From: Ramazzottius varieornatus
Taxonomy: Eukaryota > Animalia > Tardigrada
Reading direction: 5' to 3'
Length of the DNA stretch: 64,000 nucleotides
NCBI GenBank assembly: GCA_001949185.1
Contig: BDGG01000003.1
Coordinates: 635,633 to 699,632, forward strand
The position numbers and the translations under genes were made by a program. Every line of letters starts with the position of its first letter. Position 1 is the stretch's first letter. This document shows, one piece after another, positions 1 through 13,095 of the stretch. Under the pieces are notes generated by a model that saw only the letters and a list, made by a program, of their open reading frames with translations, was not told the origin of the DNA and made no database searches.

Positions 1-746
1 CGTCAACGTACATTGATCACCATTCATGGTGATACATTGATTGTCAAACTTTGTTTGAGTGGACAGCGCAGGATCATGAGTTTGGCGATCCACCTGCATA
101 CTCGCAATGCCCATTGCTGACTGCGAGGCTGCCTGCTTTTCCAGGTTCCACAAAAACCGCTGAGAATCGGAAGGCGGTGACGATGGGAGCGGTAGTCAGT
201 CCAGCCACCATCGATGACACCAAAGCGATGTTACGACCAAGGAGGAAAGTTTCCCTGCTTTGCTCGCACACGGATCGGAAATATTATAATATATAATAAG
301 CATCCGACGAAACAAGTTGATACATTAACATCATACTAGATGCTCCGAAGTCGCGGCATGTTACACTAACGTCATATTCGAACTGCGGCAGCTCGGTTTT
401 ATTATATCAAAATTACATCTGATCTGAATGCTCTTATCACTAGACATCACTAGACTCGAAGCTGCTTACCGGTACAGTCCGGTCGCTCGCAATGTGTGCA
501 AAATTCTTCGATTTTTAATCTTGAAGATTACTCCAAGTTGAGGCGATATTAGCCGAAAAAAAGGAATTTCCGTGCGCTTTATGCGCTTACAGTTTTCATA
601 TGAAGATGGGGCAGGGTTAGAAAGATAATGAGACAACACAATGCAGGCTGTCGCGTTGGTCGTAATGATTTTATTGCCCTGCGGTGTTGCCATAAACACG
701 AATTTTTTGCCCCAACGTTTCCATCGTGGCCGGTTGGTCCCACGAG

Positions 747-1568
747 TACTGTAAAGCTGTTAATGGGTTGGACCATATGGTTTGGTTTAGTTTAAGTGCA
801 AACGCATGCCAAACCGGTTAAATGAAAATGGTTACTCACACAAACCACCAAAAGTGGTTTGGTCTAAATTTTAAACCGAACCATTCAAACCGAACCACAT
901 AAACCGCCGGTTTGCACCGGTTTGCGAACAACGTTTTGATCACCAGTACATAGAAAATTGTGCCACAGTTTTCTTCACTTGACTGAACAACTAGAATAAC
1001 AACCGAGGATAAGAAACTGAGCCACAGTTGCTGTTTTCTCTACGAACACACGCAAACAGGCAAAACTGGCGCGTGCTGGAATTGTAAAGGCACCGTGGCA
1101 AGCAAGGCGGTAGTACAATCCTTCTTCCACCAGCAATGCTGTCCAGCACTGTCAGAATCGTGATTTCTGTCTGACGGAAGGCGTACTTCTTAAGTCGCGC
1201 AGCTAATGACACAGTGCGCACCCAGTTGAAGCTGTGCATCACGAGTCATAGCTCATCAGAACGATGCGGCTGCGCACGGTGGCACTGGGGTGGAAAAGAA
1301 TTGGCACTGCCTGACGGCCAATTTCGGCTCGGGTTCTGGCACGGAATCCGTAGATTTCGTACGGAGTCTGCCCTTACCGCAAACCATATTAAACCACATA
1401 AACCACTGGTTTATATAGTTTGGCGCGTGATCGAAACCGGTTTGAGTGGTTTGGTTTGAGATGCCATATGGTTGAGGTGGTTCGGTTTGGATATTAAACC
1501 ACGAACCACATAAACCACATAACCCACTTTCCAAGTGGTCTGGTCTGGTCTGGTTTTTAACAGCTCTA
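747..1568. mobile_element. Non-autonomous hAT-type element with 8-bp TSD
   Basis: CCCACGAG direct repeat at 739-746 and 1569-1576. TIRs TAAAGCTGTTAA (752-763) and TTAACAGCTCTA (1557-1568), 11/12 match. AAACC/GGTTT subterminal repeats at both ends. Left end carries an extra TACTG. Confidence 0.85.
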
Positions 1569-2920
1569 CCCACGAGGAGCCACCAAGCACCAAATATGTA
1601 GATCTCGATTAGACGAGGAGTCTGCTAGTTTTTTCGAATTTTTCGAGTTACGTTTACGAGAGCTACATTCGAAAACCTGTCCACAGACAAGTTTAAAGGA
1701 CCATAAGTAGACAACTGAGTCATGTTTCCACAATCGCTTCTAGCAGACTCTACCTCATACATCCTTTCGTCGATTGGCCGTTCCAGAAAAAAGTAAGCAT
1801 GATCGCAACTTCAAAATAAACTAGATACTCCAAATACAGTGCATTGTTCAGGAAGGCCGATTGAAAGTTGTTGTTAGCGAGTGACGCGGTCAGAGAGAGG
1901 CTTGACCAGCAGCCGGCAACCGCCTGCTTGTCCAGTGAACTTCTAAGCGCTTTTATCTGTTCTCCTTCTTGAAGACAAAGACCAGGAAGCGGCAACTAAA
2001 CGTGGCTAGTGCCGGGAAGATGCAATATTCTCAATCAAGACCAACTAGATGGAACAGGCCGGTTATGCTCGAAGGGGAGCAATTAAGCTCATCTGCAAAA
2101 ATAATATCACGGAAGACCCGCCTGGTCTCGATGTTGCCCAATGCGGACTTTGAGTAAGAGTCTAGAATAAGAGCAGAGACAGTTTATGGTGATCAACTGA
2201 CACCTCGGCCGACCAATGGCCATCTTCTTTCTTTTGGGAAAACAGTCGCTTTTTGTCCATCTTTGACGAATTTTATAATTTCCGATTAGGTAGAACTTAA
2301 CGCCATCGAATAGAGCAATCCTTTCAAGATTCTACCAGGTATTTTTCATAATGGACGTTGGCAGACTAGAGATGCTATACGGGATCAAGTGAGAGCCACC
2401 GAAGCAGAAGATCAATCTGACGACCCAACTTGGACGTTCTTCACTGTTCCGACAGCACCCAGACAGTTCTTCACTGTTCCGAAAGCACCATTGTGTAGCG
2501 CAGATATCGATCTTCACAACGAGCCCAAACATGTAACTACAGATGGTTGTAGAAATTAATATAAACTGGATAAACGTAAGAGGCAATTTTTGGCACCGAA
2601 AAATTACCAAAAAATATCACAAGATGGACCAACGACATGGTGATGTTGTGCTGAGTGAGATGTTCATACAACATAATTTTAAGAAATTGGGACGATAAAG
2701 GCGAATCCTAACATTGTGGACGCAGTGTTAGACCATTTCGTCACCACCAAGCTTATGCAGCTGGGGTGTTGCGACTGGCGCTGAGTTCATGCTGCGAGCG
2801 GCAGAGGGGTAGTAAACGGCTCTTCGCACTAATTAGGCTCTATAGACTGCCAAAAAATAGCCAGCCCCATAAACTTACATTCATTGGATAGCCTTTTGTT
2901 CTTTCTACCTTTCTCACTTA

Positions 2921-5257
2921 CGAGGGTATTTAGCCAATGCTCCAGTCTTACTTCACAAAGTGAAACGACAGAGAGGCAGAGGAGGGGTTTCTCTATCGAC
3001 TGGGATAGACCAGGCCGGCAGAAAAAAATCATAGAAGACACAACAGGAAGCGGAAGTGACGTCAGAATCTGGGCGGAGCATGGTGAAGATAGAGACCATC
3101 AAGGAACATAAGTTCTACAGAAATGATATCTCTCGTAAAAATGATGGAAGCACAATGGAGCCTCACATCAGCCACACTTCAACAGCAACGAGCGGTTACA
3201 GTCAACACGGTCACAAGGACCAACAAGTCCATCAAAACAAAATTCCGCAGGATTTACGTACTTGTAAGACCTTTCAATACATCCAGACAATTGCCAGGCT
3301 TGTGCGATGAGATTTTCGAACCTACGAGAAGTGAACTGCTGATAGATCAGCGAATGCAGCTTGAGAATAACGTCCCGATGGTGAACCTGTACAGGTTGAT
3401 CGTTCAGAAATATCCAATTTGAAGCCTTTTGAAAGTATCCTTTGTACATCCGAAAACACAGCACATCTAGAGGCTGGATCTGGCCGATGACTTTAGGAGG
3501 AATCGTGATCATCTCGTACTCCAGTTCCTCTGGCTTGACTTCCTCTACAACTTCTTGATCGGCAAACGTCGGCCAAGAATCTGCCAGGAACAAGCAATGT
3601 CCGTCCATTTGTGGGAAGAAAACCTTTTCACACCATTCGACGAAAAGCTCCTTTGTCCTTTTGCCGGATGTTGATGCGGTAATGTGAAGGTTTCTCGCTC
3701 TAAACATCGTTCTTTTCACGGTCGGCCCGAAGACACCTTTATCTTCCTGCAGTGTAATGAGAAGATACTTTCGAGCACCTGGTGAGACACACATCATTAC
3801 AGTGTAACTGTGAGTCATGAAATTCTCAGACCGAGTAAGAGCAAGAACGTGCTTTGCGCCCACCAAATCCAAAGTCCGACCTGGCCTCATCTCGTATTCG
3901 AATCCAGACTGATCAACGTTCCAGAGGAAGTCCAGTCCATATGCTTGAATCCTTGATCTGACGAGAGCAACACACTCGTCGGCACTCTTCCTTCTAACTG
4001 GTTCTCCCTACAGATACTTTTCTGTCACGATCTTGTGGATTTTGCGGTCGCAGATACCGTAGTAACTAAACCGCAAATTAATTCGTTGAGGAATATTGAC
4101 AACAAAAGGTTCACTCAGGCGTCCCTACCACCAGATAAAATTAGAACACGATATGGCACTTACCGCTTAAATCTGCTAACCCAATATGACGACGCTACAA
4201 AACCAGGAAGGCCGATCTCGCGATTCGTGGGGACAACCCATCGCCGGATGTCTATGTCTTTCACTACGTGAGGCTTCTGCTTGGCAAGAAAGAACTGTTT
4301 TCCAGACTCCAGTCGTATCGCCTTCAGCTTATCGATACGCGAACCACCGTCTTCTACCTGCCGCTCCCATTCATTGAGCTGACGCACACTGGTAAGTTTC
4401 TTGAATAAGACTTGAACACTTGACAGACTACGTCGCTTCTTTGTGATGGCATTACTCCAGAATCGTACGGCGCGTTTCTTGTATTCGAGATCAGCTGCTT
4501 GGCTCGACGGCACTTTTGGATCGGGAATTCTAGGCACAAACAGCTCATGCGAAGAAGGTTCAGTTGCTCTTGAGTCAGGTTCTCCAAGGCGATCGTTTGG
4601 AGTTGGCTTTGCGATGTCCAGTCAACATGTTGTTTTCAGCGACAGACTTTTCGAACTCTTCGAAAGTCGGCATACTGATCTGTAGCTCGTACCGAAGATC
4701 GTCCTCGATGGCCAAGATCGGACTTCCAGCTTGGTTGATGTGAATATCCAGGAAGTCTGCAAGCGAATGATGGATTCGGATAGGCTTCAAGTGTTTACTT
4801 TATCAACAAGCCTACCATACCTTTGATGAGTGCCTTGAGCAACTTGTCATGGTCACTTGGAGAGTCGTTGGGTTGAAAATCCTGTTCATAGTCCATCTCC
4901 AAAAGCTTTAGGATGTTCGAGGGGTTAATAGAGTCCATGCCTGCGATAACTGGAGGAGAGAAAACGAGAAAAGAGAACGAAGTTTAACACAATAATCAAA
5001 ACTGTAGTGATCAGCTGCTCTTCTACCCCTATAGTGTTACAAACCAATGAAATAGCGAATCAACCAGCACACAATCAAATTACTTGACTGATGCCGATAT
5101 TCCGTCCAGATTTTGACGTCACTTCCGCTTCCTGTTGTGTCTTCCAGGATTTTTTTCTGCCGGCCTGGTTTATCCCAGTCGATAGAGAAAACTCTCCTCT
5201 ACCTCTCTGTCGTTTCAGTTTGTGAAATAAGACTGGAGCATTGGCTAAATCCCCTCG
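2921..5257 (-). mobile_element. Tc4/Tc5-like (pogo, DDE_1) DNA transposon, about 2.3 kb
   Basis: About 157-bp TIRs (2921-3077 and 5101-5257, termini CGAGGG...CCCTCG), TTA on both flanks, internal degraded transposase on the minus strand. Confidence 0.92.
3110..4939 (-). pseudogene. Degraded Tc5-like transposase with an intron
   Basis: Motifs THSYTVM, LADSW, IPPK..GQIQPLDV, Cys-rich C-terminus and HTH-like ASSYWVSRFKR. A GTAAGT...TTTAG intron (about 4065-4163) restores FKRYYGICDRKIHK. In-frame stops and frameshifts are present. Confidence 0.85.
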
Positions 5258-6123
5258 TTAGGTAATTACAGACTGCTTATATTGTCTATACTAAACGACC
5301 TCAAAGTGCAAGTGAGAAAGTTTCAGCTGCACGTTCTCTCTGGTCAGTGTAAGGAAGCAAGACAAAGCCGTTGTACCGGATTCGTCTTTTTGGTTTATTT
5401 AACGTTCTGGACCAGTCCTACAGCCTATAGCGGCTGTAGAAAGGAAATACAGGGCGTGGTGGGGTGTGATGTATGTGTAATCTCGGACCTTAGCATGGCA
5501 TGCTGTTTGGTGAATGTTTCGGAGGCCTCAAACTGAGAACCGAAAATCTTTGTACACATTCCGAGCGACCGGGCTGTAATGATTGATACACACAGTGTCG
5601 AAACATTCCTACTGTTGTTGACTCGCAATAAATTACCGGTAGTGTACGACTTTGTTTTGATAGCTGGTCAGTGACTCTGCGTGTCTTTTTGGGCCTGAAG
5701 CACGATTTGATTGCCATTCTTGTTTCACTTGCAGTGCGGTGATACCTGGTTGCATCCCCAGCTGATGATTGTTGTTTAGCTTTCAATCAAAACTGGCTGT
5801 TCTGTCTAAAACTGTGGTGTGGTACTGAAAATATCATTAGGGTGAAAATCTAGTGGAGCCGACAAATGCTCGGTTGTTTCGTTATTGTTTGCGCTAGTTT
5901 AACAGACTGAAAGGACTGGCGACCACATTTGCGCAGCGCATGCCACAATATGAGACCAAAATCCGTTTCACTTCAGGTCAGTTGTAGCTGGACCCAAATA
6001 GTACTGTAGAAGCAGGCTACTTGGTTCTCCCATAAAATACCCCATTACAAGCTATTATGCATCTACGAGCGAGACGAAAAGCTGGCCAATGATCATACTG
6101 CATATCTTCTCTTTAAATATTCA

Positions 6124-6426
6124 CTAGTAATAGTATCGGTCTCGGTGGTAGTGTCGACGACGATTGTGTCGGCGGCGATGGTGGCGATAACTGTCATCGT
6201 GATGTCTGTCTCTTCCGTAATAGCCATCATAGTAGCTTCGCTTTTCCCGCTCAAGTTCCACTTTCTCTGATGTGGTAGAAGGTATGAAGGCAGCTACCAG
6301 CAAAAGGCTGACGAGCGTTAAGGTCCAGAACCGCAGAGGCAACTGCAAGAAGAAAACAGAATAGTCAGATTAAAGTTCTCCCATGAAGGCACAACATAAG
6401 AAGTGGCCAAACGCAGTACTCACCAT
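6124..6426 (-). CDS. Small secreted prepropeptide (73 aa) with a His/Arg/Tyr-rich mature peptide
   Basis: ATG at 6424-6426 followed directly by a GTGAGT donor; pyrimidine-rich CAG acceptor before 6342. Hydrophobic signal peptide, acidic spacer EKVELERE, dibasic KR, then SYYDGYYGRDRHHDDSYRHHRRRHNRRRHYHRDRYYY. Confidence 0.8.
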
Positions 6427-7397
6427 TCTTCGACGGTTCGCGGGAAGAAATTAAAGGTAAGTTCGTCGATGAGAACAGTACGTACCGGGAAGAAACTCAA
6501 AACATGAAACGACGAAGAGGCCAGAATAGCGCACAATGACTTAAATACCGTATCTGAATGTAGACAAAGCCGTTATTCTCGCTAGCCATCATAAGATCGG
6601 TGAAATATGTCAAGAATACAGTACGGGAAACGTAGGTAGTGTGTTGGTGACGCACACCGGATATCCATCTCGATATGACGTTTACGCGGTCAAACCAGTC
6701 GGACTACGCAGCCGTTTGGCTTTTCGGATGATGAGTACCAAGGCACCGTAAGTACCGTCACGTACAGTAGGCCATGGCCCATCACTGAATAGCGATGGCT
6801 GCCGCGCAGATACTTTGATGAAAGTCTCAACATATCTGGATCCCATCAGTGAAGGAACCATCGTCAGTTTCGTCAGAGAGCCGAAGTATGGAATTTCTTA
6901 ATTCGGCGAGTGGCGAGCCATCCATGTAGTAATTTTTCAAACTTTATTCAGCCTGGACGCCTGAGACAAAACGGAAGCGCATCGGAACGGCTTAGTAGTG
7001 CGGCTTCACAGTCACAGACTCGAAAGTCCTGAAAGTCCTGCGTCTACGAGATAGCATTTCGAAAAGGAACAGTTCGGGTGCAGATTGCGTTTTTATTACG
7101 TATGCATATCAAGCCGGCACTACCAGAGGCACCCCCGTGGCGGTCCTTTGAACTCTTTCGCATATGCAAGACTAGGAGCGAGTTTTCAGTCACATTATTT
7201 CTCATAGTAGGCTTTACGTTGTTTTGAGTATCAACGCAGATCGAAAGGCAGGTAGCGCAGCGGCACACAAAAGACTTCAACGCAGGGAATGTACGAGTTG
7301 ATGCCGGCCCGAAGTGCGAATAGATGTGATACGGCGCAATGCGTTATACGGAGAAACAATACCCGAGCCGTCCATCCTAGTTTCTGCAAGCTTACTA

Positions 7398-7656
7398 CAG
7401 TCCACTCGCTCGAGATCTGTTACCTAATTTCACGGTTTCAATTCTGGGCCCGCTATACATTCACCATAACGCCTGTCAAGCCAACATTCAAACTTACATA
7501 ACATATACATAACGCCATGCTTCGACCTATGTAATCAAGTAATCAAGTCGCATGCGTCTGGGTGAGCTGCGGCATGGCGAGCAGGCTCATTAATTTTCCA
7601 GATCTTTCAGTTTTGAAACCGTCAAATTAGGTAACAGATCCCGAGCCAGTGGACTG
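7398..7656. mobile_element. Tc1/mariner-type MITE family A, copy 1
   Basis: TA flanks; TIR CAGTCCACTCGCTCGAGATCTGTTACCTAATTT; a second diverged copy lies at 29061-29318. Confidence 0.9.
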
Positions 7657-9291
7657 TATATAGTACGTTGAATCCCGATAGCTCTTGATTCTTGCACGAT
7701 AACTCCAGTTCTTTTGCCGAGAAGGCCCGAGATACAGTACCTCTATGTTGGGAACTTGGGATGTGCCGCGAAAAGCGTCGCAGTGAACACTGGTCCTCCT
7801 CACGACGGGCCGTAAAACTCCGTCGATTGTGTTGATGTTGAAAGCGGGTTACGAAATTTCGCCCTTGAGTAGCTTATCTGAAACGAAAACGGATCGTATT
7901 CTGCATACTTGACACAAAATTTGAAATTTTCGTTTCTCAGCTGGTTTTACATCGCGAGACACTGTTTCGCATGGGCTTCGTGATACCTACCAGTATCGAC
8001 AATATCGGTAGACCGAAAGTAGCCAGAGAGAAAATCAAGAGTCTCAGCCAAATCAGGAGGCAAAGTTTGCGTATAAACCTACCTCCGCAGAGCTCGCGCA
8101 CTACCTGTCCAGGTTTTCGAGATTTGCGGAAAATCCAGTTTTGACTCACTCATGGCTATTTCCCATTGATCAAGCAAATTTAAATTTTAAATCGACCGTT
8201 TGCCCGTCGCGCGGAGAACTACTGAGGAATACCAAAATTAACTTTGGTCTGCCTGGTTTCTCAGCTCATTTGAAGCAAACCAGCTTTTGAGGAGCGAGAT
8301 GTCGGTACTGGCGCAGAAAAAGTACTACGTACCGTAGCAGGCAACGGACTGCATGCCGTGCAAGTAAACTGCACGCTTCGAAATCGTGGCGGTTACGTTA
8401 TTCCAACTGAAGTCAGATGCTTGCTGTACCAACCGCGCTTCACTTCGGTAACGAAGCTCCCTTTCCCAAACGAGAAAAATGGCGTTTTTTCGGCCCCAAA
8501 AGTTTAGCACTGCCGCGCAACTGTTGTAAGCTTAGCGAAGACTCTCTCTATTTGCAATAAAAGTACTCGCGAAGGGATTCTTTTCGATACGTTCGAAAGG
8601 CGCGCGACCCTCAGTTTGGTAGAAGTGATTGTGATTCGCGAGGGCTTAACTTATCGAGCGCTGAGAGAGATGACAACCGACTTTTCAACGTTTTTACTCA
8701 TCGATTGTTTTGGTTACCGCAACCCGTTTGACCGTCGAATTTTAACCCGCACTTGCGAACCAGGCGCGCTAACAAAGAAACACTTGGATCCAGTTGTTAC
8801 AATGTCATGATCATGTGTCGGTGACACACCGGAAATGAATTTCGCTGTCAGAAAGTGAGAAATTAACGGCGTGTTGCAACTTAAGCACATCCATCGTCCT
8901 TCCGTATTCTCCGCTGCATAACTTGCATTATCACTCTTACCGAAAATATTTGCGAATGCAACAGACAAACTCGGTCAATCCATAGCATACCTGTGATAAG
9001 ATCGCCAACATTCACCAGTCATATCCTTGACACTGGAAAAAACAAAACGTCACCGCAGTGTATAGTACCGTTTCATGAACCGTCATTACGTAAACATCTC
9101 ACATCATGATCATGCAAGTGTCAGTTTCGTTATCATTTGCCGTTGTAAATCAGTGTATTACAGTAGTTACCCATTGGATAGCTTTCGATTTCGACTATAA
9201 AATCGCTATATCGAAACAGAGGAAGCCATCAGTATTGCCCACTTGACTTTATCTTCCCTGATCACTTCATTCACAGAAGGTCTACTCGATC

Positions 9292-10388
9292 ATGAAGTTC
9301 CTGGTTGTCCTCGCCCTCGTTGGGTTCGCCGCTGCCCAGCAGAACAAGTACAGCGGACGTTATGTCTTCGATCTGATCAAGCCGGCCCTGACCGCGGGGG
9401 AAGTCGAAACTTTGTTGGCTTCCCGAGACGCCTCCTACCCAACCTACAACGAGATTCCCCAGACCAGCTTCCAGTGCGGTACCCGAATCGGATTCTACGC
9501 TGACGTTGAGGCCCAATGCCAAGTCTTCCATCGTTGCGACATCAATGGAAACCAGACTTCTTACTTGTGCGTCAACACCACCGTTTTCAACCAGATTACC
9601 TTGGTCTGCGATGCCTGGTACAACGTGGACTGCGCCGGGTAGGTTCCTGCCAGTTGAATATTCAAAACATCGAAAAACTTCCTTCAAAATTTACCGAGAC
9701 AAAACTATATTTACTCATTGTCTCTTTTTCCAGATCTGCTCAATACGAAGATTTCGCCAATTCGCGTCTGTACACCGGCCAACAACTCTTCGATTCCCCT
9801 CCCGCTGACTACATTGCCCCCAGTCAGCTTTTGGCCCAACAGCAGCAAGAACAGTTGAACGCCCAGGGTTCTCAGAGCAGCGGCCAACAGCAAGGTGGCC
9901 AACAAAGTGGAAATCAGCAGGCATCTGGATCTCGTGGCGGCGCTAGTCAAGCCAGCCGCGGTAACGCCAACACCCAAGCCGGTCGTCCCGCTGTTAACGC
10001 CAACGCTGGTGCCCAAGCCGGTCGTTCCAACAAGGGCTCTATGACCCTCCAGTCCTCCGGTTTCGCCAGCTCTGCCGGACGATCGGACACCACTCAAGAA
10101 CAAGGTGCCGACCAAACTCAGTCCGGGGCTGAACAGACCCAAGGAGCCGACCAGACCTTCAAAGCCCAGGGTCGTTCCGACACCGAACAAGGACAGTCCC
10201 AGCAAGCCCAGGGAGCTGACCAGTCCAACTCTGCCAGCCAGTCTGCTAGCGCTGAAGAGCGATCGGACGCCGCCGAACCTTCCACTGCCGCAGCTGCTGC
10301 CGAATCGTCCCCCGCTGACTCTGCTGACCAATCCAGCAATGCCGGGTCCGCTGCTCAATCCAGCAGCACCGCTGCCAGGTCGCAGTAA
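9292..10388 (+). CDS. Secreted chitin-binding type-2 (peritrophin-A/CBM14) protein with Q/S/A/G-rich disordered tail; exons 9292-9638, 9734-10388
   Basis: Signal peptide MKFLVVLALVGFAAA; 6-Cys motif FQC..GFYADVEAQCQVFHRC..SYLC.NTTVFNQITLVCD.WYNVDC; phase-2 GT-AG intron; TATAAAA near 9197. Confidence 0.9.
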
Positions 10389-11266
10389 AGAAACTGGATC
10401 GATTTTGACCAGAGGTGAATGATTTTCTGATTGACAGGTTGACATTCATGTTTGTTCGCTTTCTACCAAAGTAATCAGCTCTGATTTTTATTACCAGACG
10501 CTTTTCTGGGAGTGTCCGAAGCTACAGTAGCACGCGCCATTTCAGTCTGCCATACTTTATACGAGCTCGGTGACGTAATACTGTAGAAACAAAAGAACGA
10601 CAAGTTCGACACACAAGATCGTAACTACGGCATACCTTAAAAACGGGGCGCAGTGTTTGTGAACTCAGTCGAATGAAAGGAAACTGGTTTTTGTGGAGAT
10701 CCAGGTACCGTAATTATCAGTTTTACTATCGCAACCCTATGCATTAGGATCGTGGTTTTGAAACAAAGAAGCAGGAATTACTGGGGATTTTCTGCTCTGA
10801 AGTTCCGCATAAGGATTATGTGTGTATTTAGATACGCAACAGTCGCAGCACAACTGGATATCAATTTTTTACCAGAAAGTGGGAATTATTAGATTTTTTT
10901 CTACCCTGAGGCGTCACACGAAATTTGTGTAATCAGTTGCATAACAGTCGCACCCAGTACTGAATTATGAGTCCTTTCCGAACCTACGGCTAACTTTGCA
11001 ATTACGATCTTCTTCGACGCTTTCCGACGTTGGCACAATACAGTGCAGTGCTGTCAGTTCTTACCATCAAGCGAACGGCAAACCAAGTATCTTCTACAAA
11101 AGTTCAGATCGAACAAGACAAAATAGGACAGGGTATTTGCTCGCTCCGGCGGACCAACTGGTAAACAACGTTCTAACGGTAGGTAAAAAGAAAGGTTAAC
11201 AGTATCTCAACTTGTTCCAGAATTATGCTTACGTAGGGAACTCTACAGCTTGTTGGATAAACCCCA

Positions 11267-12310
11267 CTACGCCTCTCCGCGAGTGAGTTCCTTCTCCTGT
11301 GAGGGCGAACTCCTGGGTAAAGCACCACTCCCATTTCCGCCGGAAGAGAATCGTCCACCTTCTCCTCGCGCTCGTTTCACGGCGTGCTTGTGTCGGGATT
11401 CATGAAGGTATTTCTGTGGAGCGACTTTTGTAAAATTGAATAAATTCACTCAATCGAAAACATGGGAAAAACCAAGATTTCTATAAATTCAAGTACCAAC
11501 CTGTCGTTCTTTGGTAATAAGTCCTTGTGCTTCCAGGCGAGCTCTTGCCTGACGTCTTTTCAGGATGCGATGATACTGTTTGGCATTGACATACAGGGGC
11601 TCGTCTTCCTCGACTTTGGACGAGGAGGTTGTTGTGAAGTTCAGTCCACCTCCGGTGGCAAGCTGGAACACTTGTTGGCTTCCTCCTGTATGTCCGTCCC
11701 CCAGTAGCTGTGTGAAGACTTGGTTTCCATCGGCATGTAGAACTTGTGAACCAGAAGGAATACCTCCACCCGTCGTAATGTAATACTGAAACCAAAGAAC
11801 AAGTTGTACGAGCAAGAAAGAATTAAAAGTCGAAGCTCAGCTGTGGGTGACCACCTTATTCACCCGTCCCATTAAGTCAACTAGCGCATCACGTCATCAT
11901 CCCGCTTCGAACTGTGGTGTTGCTTACACTCAACTGTACTCGCGCGAGTGACGTTTAGAGCCGAACACCATGCCGATAAACATGCGAGTGCGTACCTGCT
12001 GTCCATCCGATCCAATCAGCGTCTGTCCTCCCGAAAGCATCTGAGGCGTGATTGTTAGTGGCTGTAAAAAAACATCATCTTGAAACAGACAACCTCAAAA
12101 ACCCGAAATGTGAAAGCCTAACCTGGGTGGTCGTGACACTGGACGTTTGAGGAACAGCTTGGAGGATGAATTGCTGGCCATTTGCTGTGATGATCTGAGG
12201 CAATCCATTGGACGTCGCGAAAATCTGAAAAGAAACATCTTCAGCGTGGGTACACCATCTTGTAAATGTCCGGAGGAAGCTGGCATCTTCTTCGAAATTA
12301 CCTGACTCAT
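11267..12310 (-). CDS. NFYA: Nuclear transcription factor Y subunit alpha (multi-exon; start uncertain)
   Basis: CBFB_NFYA core EPLYVNAKQYHRILKRRQARARLE / KYLHESRHKHAVKRARGEGGRF; Q-rich upstream exons (about 11501-11785, 11996-12061, 12123-12224). Confidence 0.93.
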
Positions 12311-12659
12311 CTTGAAGCCGGAAAGCTATCCTGACTCGAATTCTGTCCAGCCGAAGTGGTCCCGCTGTGGATAAAGATGGCCATATGCGCAAAAATGCAT
12401 CTTCGTGGTATTTTTGCTCTAAAAAGTGTTTCAGAGTTCTTTACCAACCTTTGTCCAGATATAGCTGGACGATGAGGGTTACCGTCCAGTGGGGAAGGTC
12501 TGACGTTGGGGTGGGACGTAGCAAGGAGGCCGCCAGATGTTCCAATTCGAGCGGAGGAAGAACCAATGATCTGAACAACGTGGAAGAGACAATTGGTGTA
12601 AAGTCTGTGGCAACTGCCAATGGAAGACCCTCTTATCGCACATTGCACTCCCACGTGCT

Positions 12660-12900
12660 CGGCCTCTCACAATCACAGCTTGCGACACGCACGTGCATAC
12701 GACCGAGTAATTGATCAAGCGACGTAATAACGAATACTCCTCGAGAACTGTGCACACTACGGCCTCCGCGCATCGCGTCACGTGGTCAAAATCGTTCCGA
12801 ATGAATGTGAGTGACACATGATCAAAATGCAATGGCGCATGTCGTTATAATATTTATCAAGTGACCTATTCGTGACGTACAGTACCCCAACCCTTTGGGC
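12660..12900. promoter_or_regulatory. Probable bidirectional promoter between head-to-head NF-YA and PP2C genes
   Basis: Divergent gene orientation with a short spacer containing TCACGTG and TGACGT motifs. Function is inferred. Confidence 0.35.
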
Positions 12901-13095
12901 TGGACCCGTAGAAGTTACTCGCGTATTCCACTGTGGCATTTTCCCACGGTTGCGTTGAATTTCCGACGTCCATATCTCCAGCGTCTGTCTGTTTCTTCCG
13001 TCTTCACTTTTCCGGTTCGCGGTTCATTCCTTACAGATTTATCGGAGTGGTCAGTGTGCATGGCATTTGCTCAAGACCTAGCCGAAGATCTACAA

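Noticed and set aside
770-1560. AAACC/GGTTT repeats as a CRISPR array or telomeric repeat
   Set aside because: Irregular, no constant repeat-spacer period, and explained as hAT subterminal repeats in eukaryotic DNA.
2434-2490. 30-bp tandem duplication with possible transposase remnants nearby
   Set aside because: Two imperfect copies only; flanking peptide similarity is too weak to call.
9711-10445. 244-aa minus-strand ORF
   Set aside because: Antisense shadow of the low-complexity exon of the chitin-binding gene; no independent motifs.
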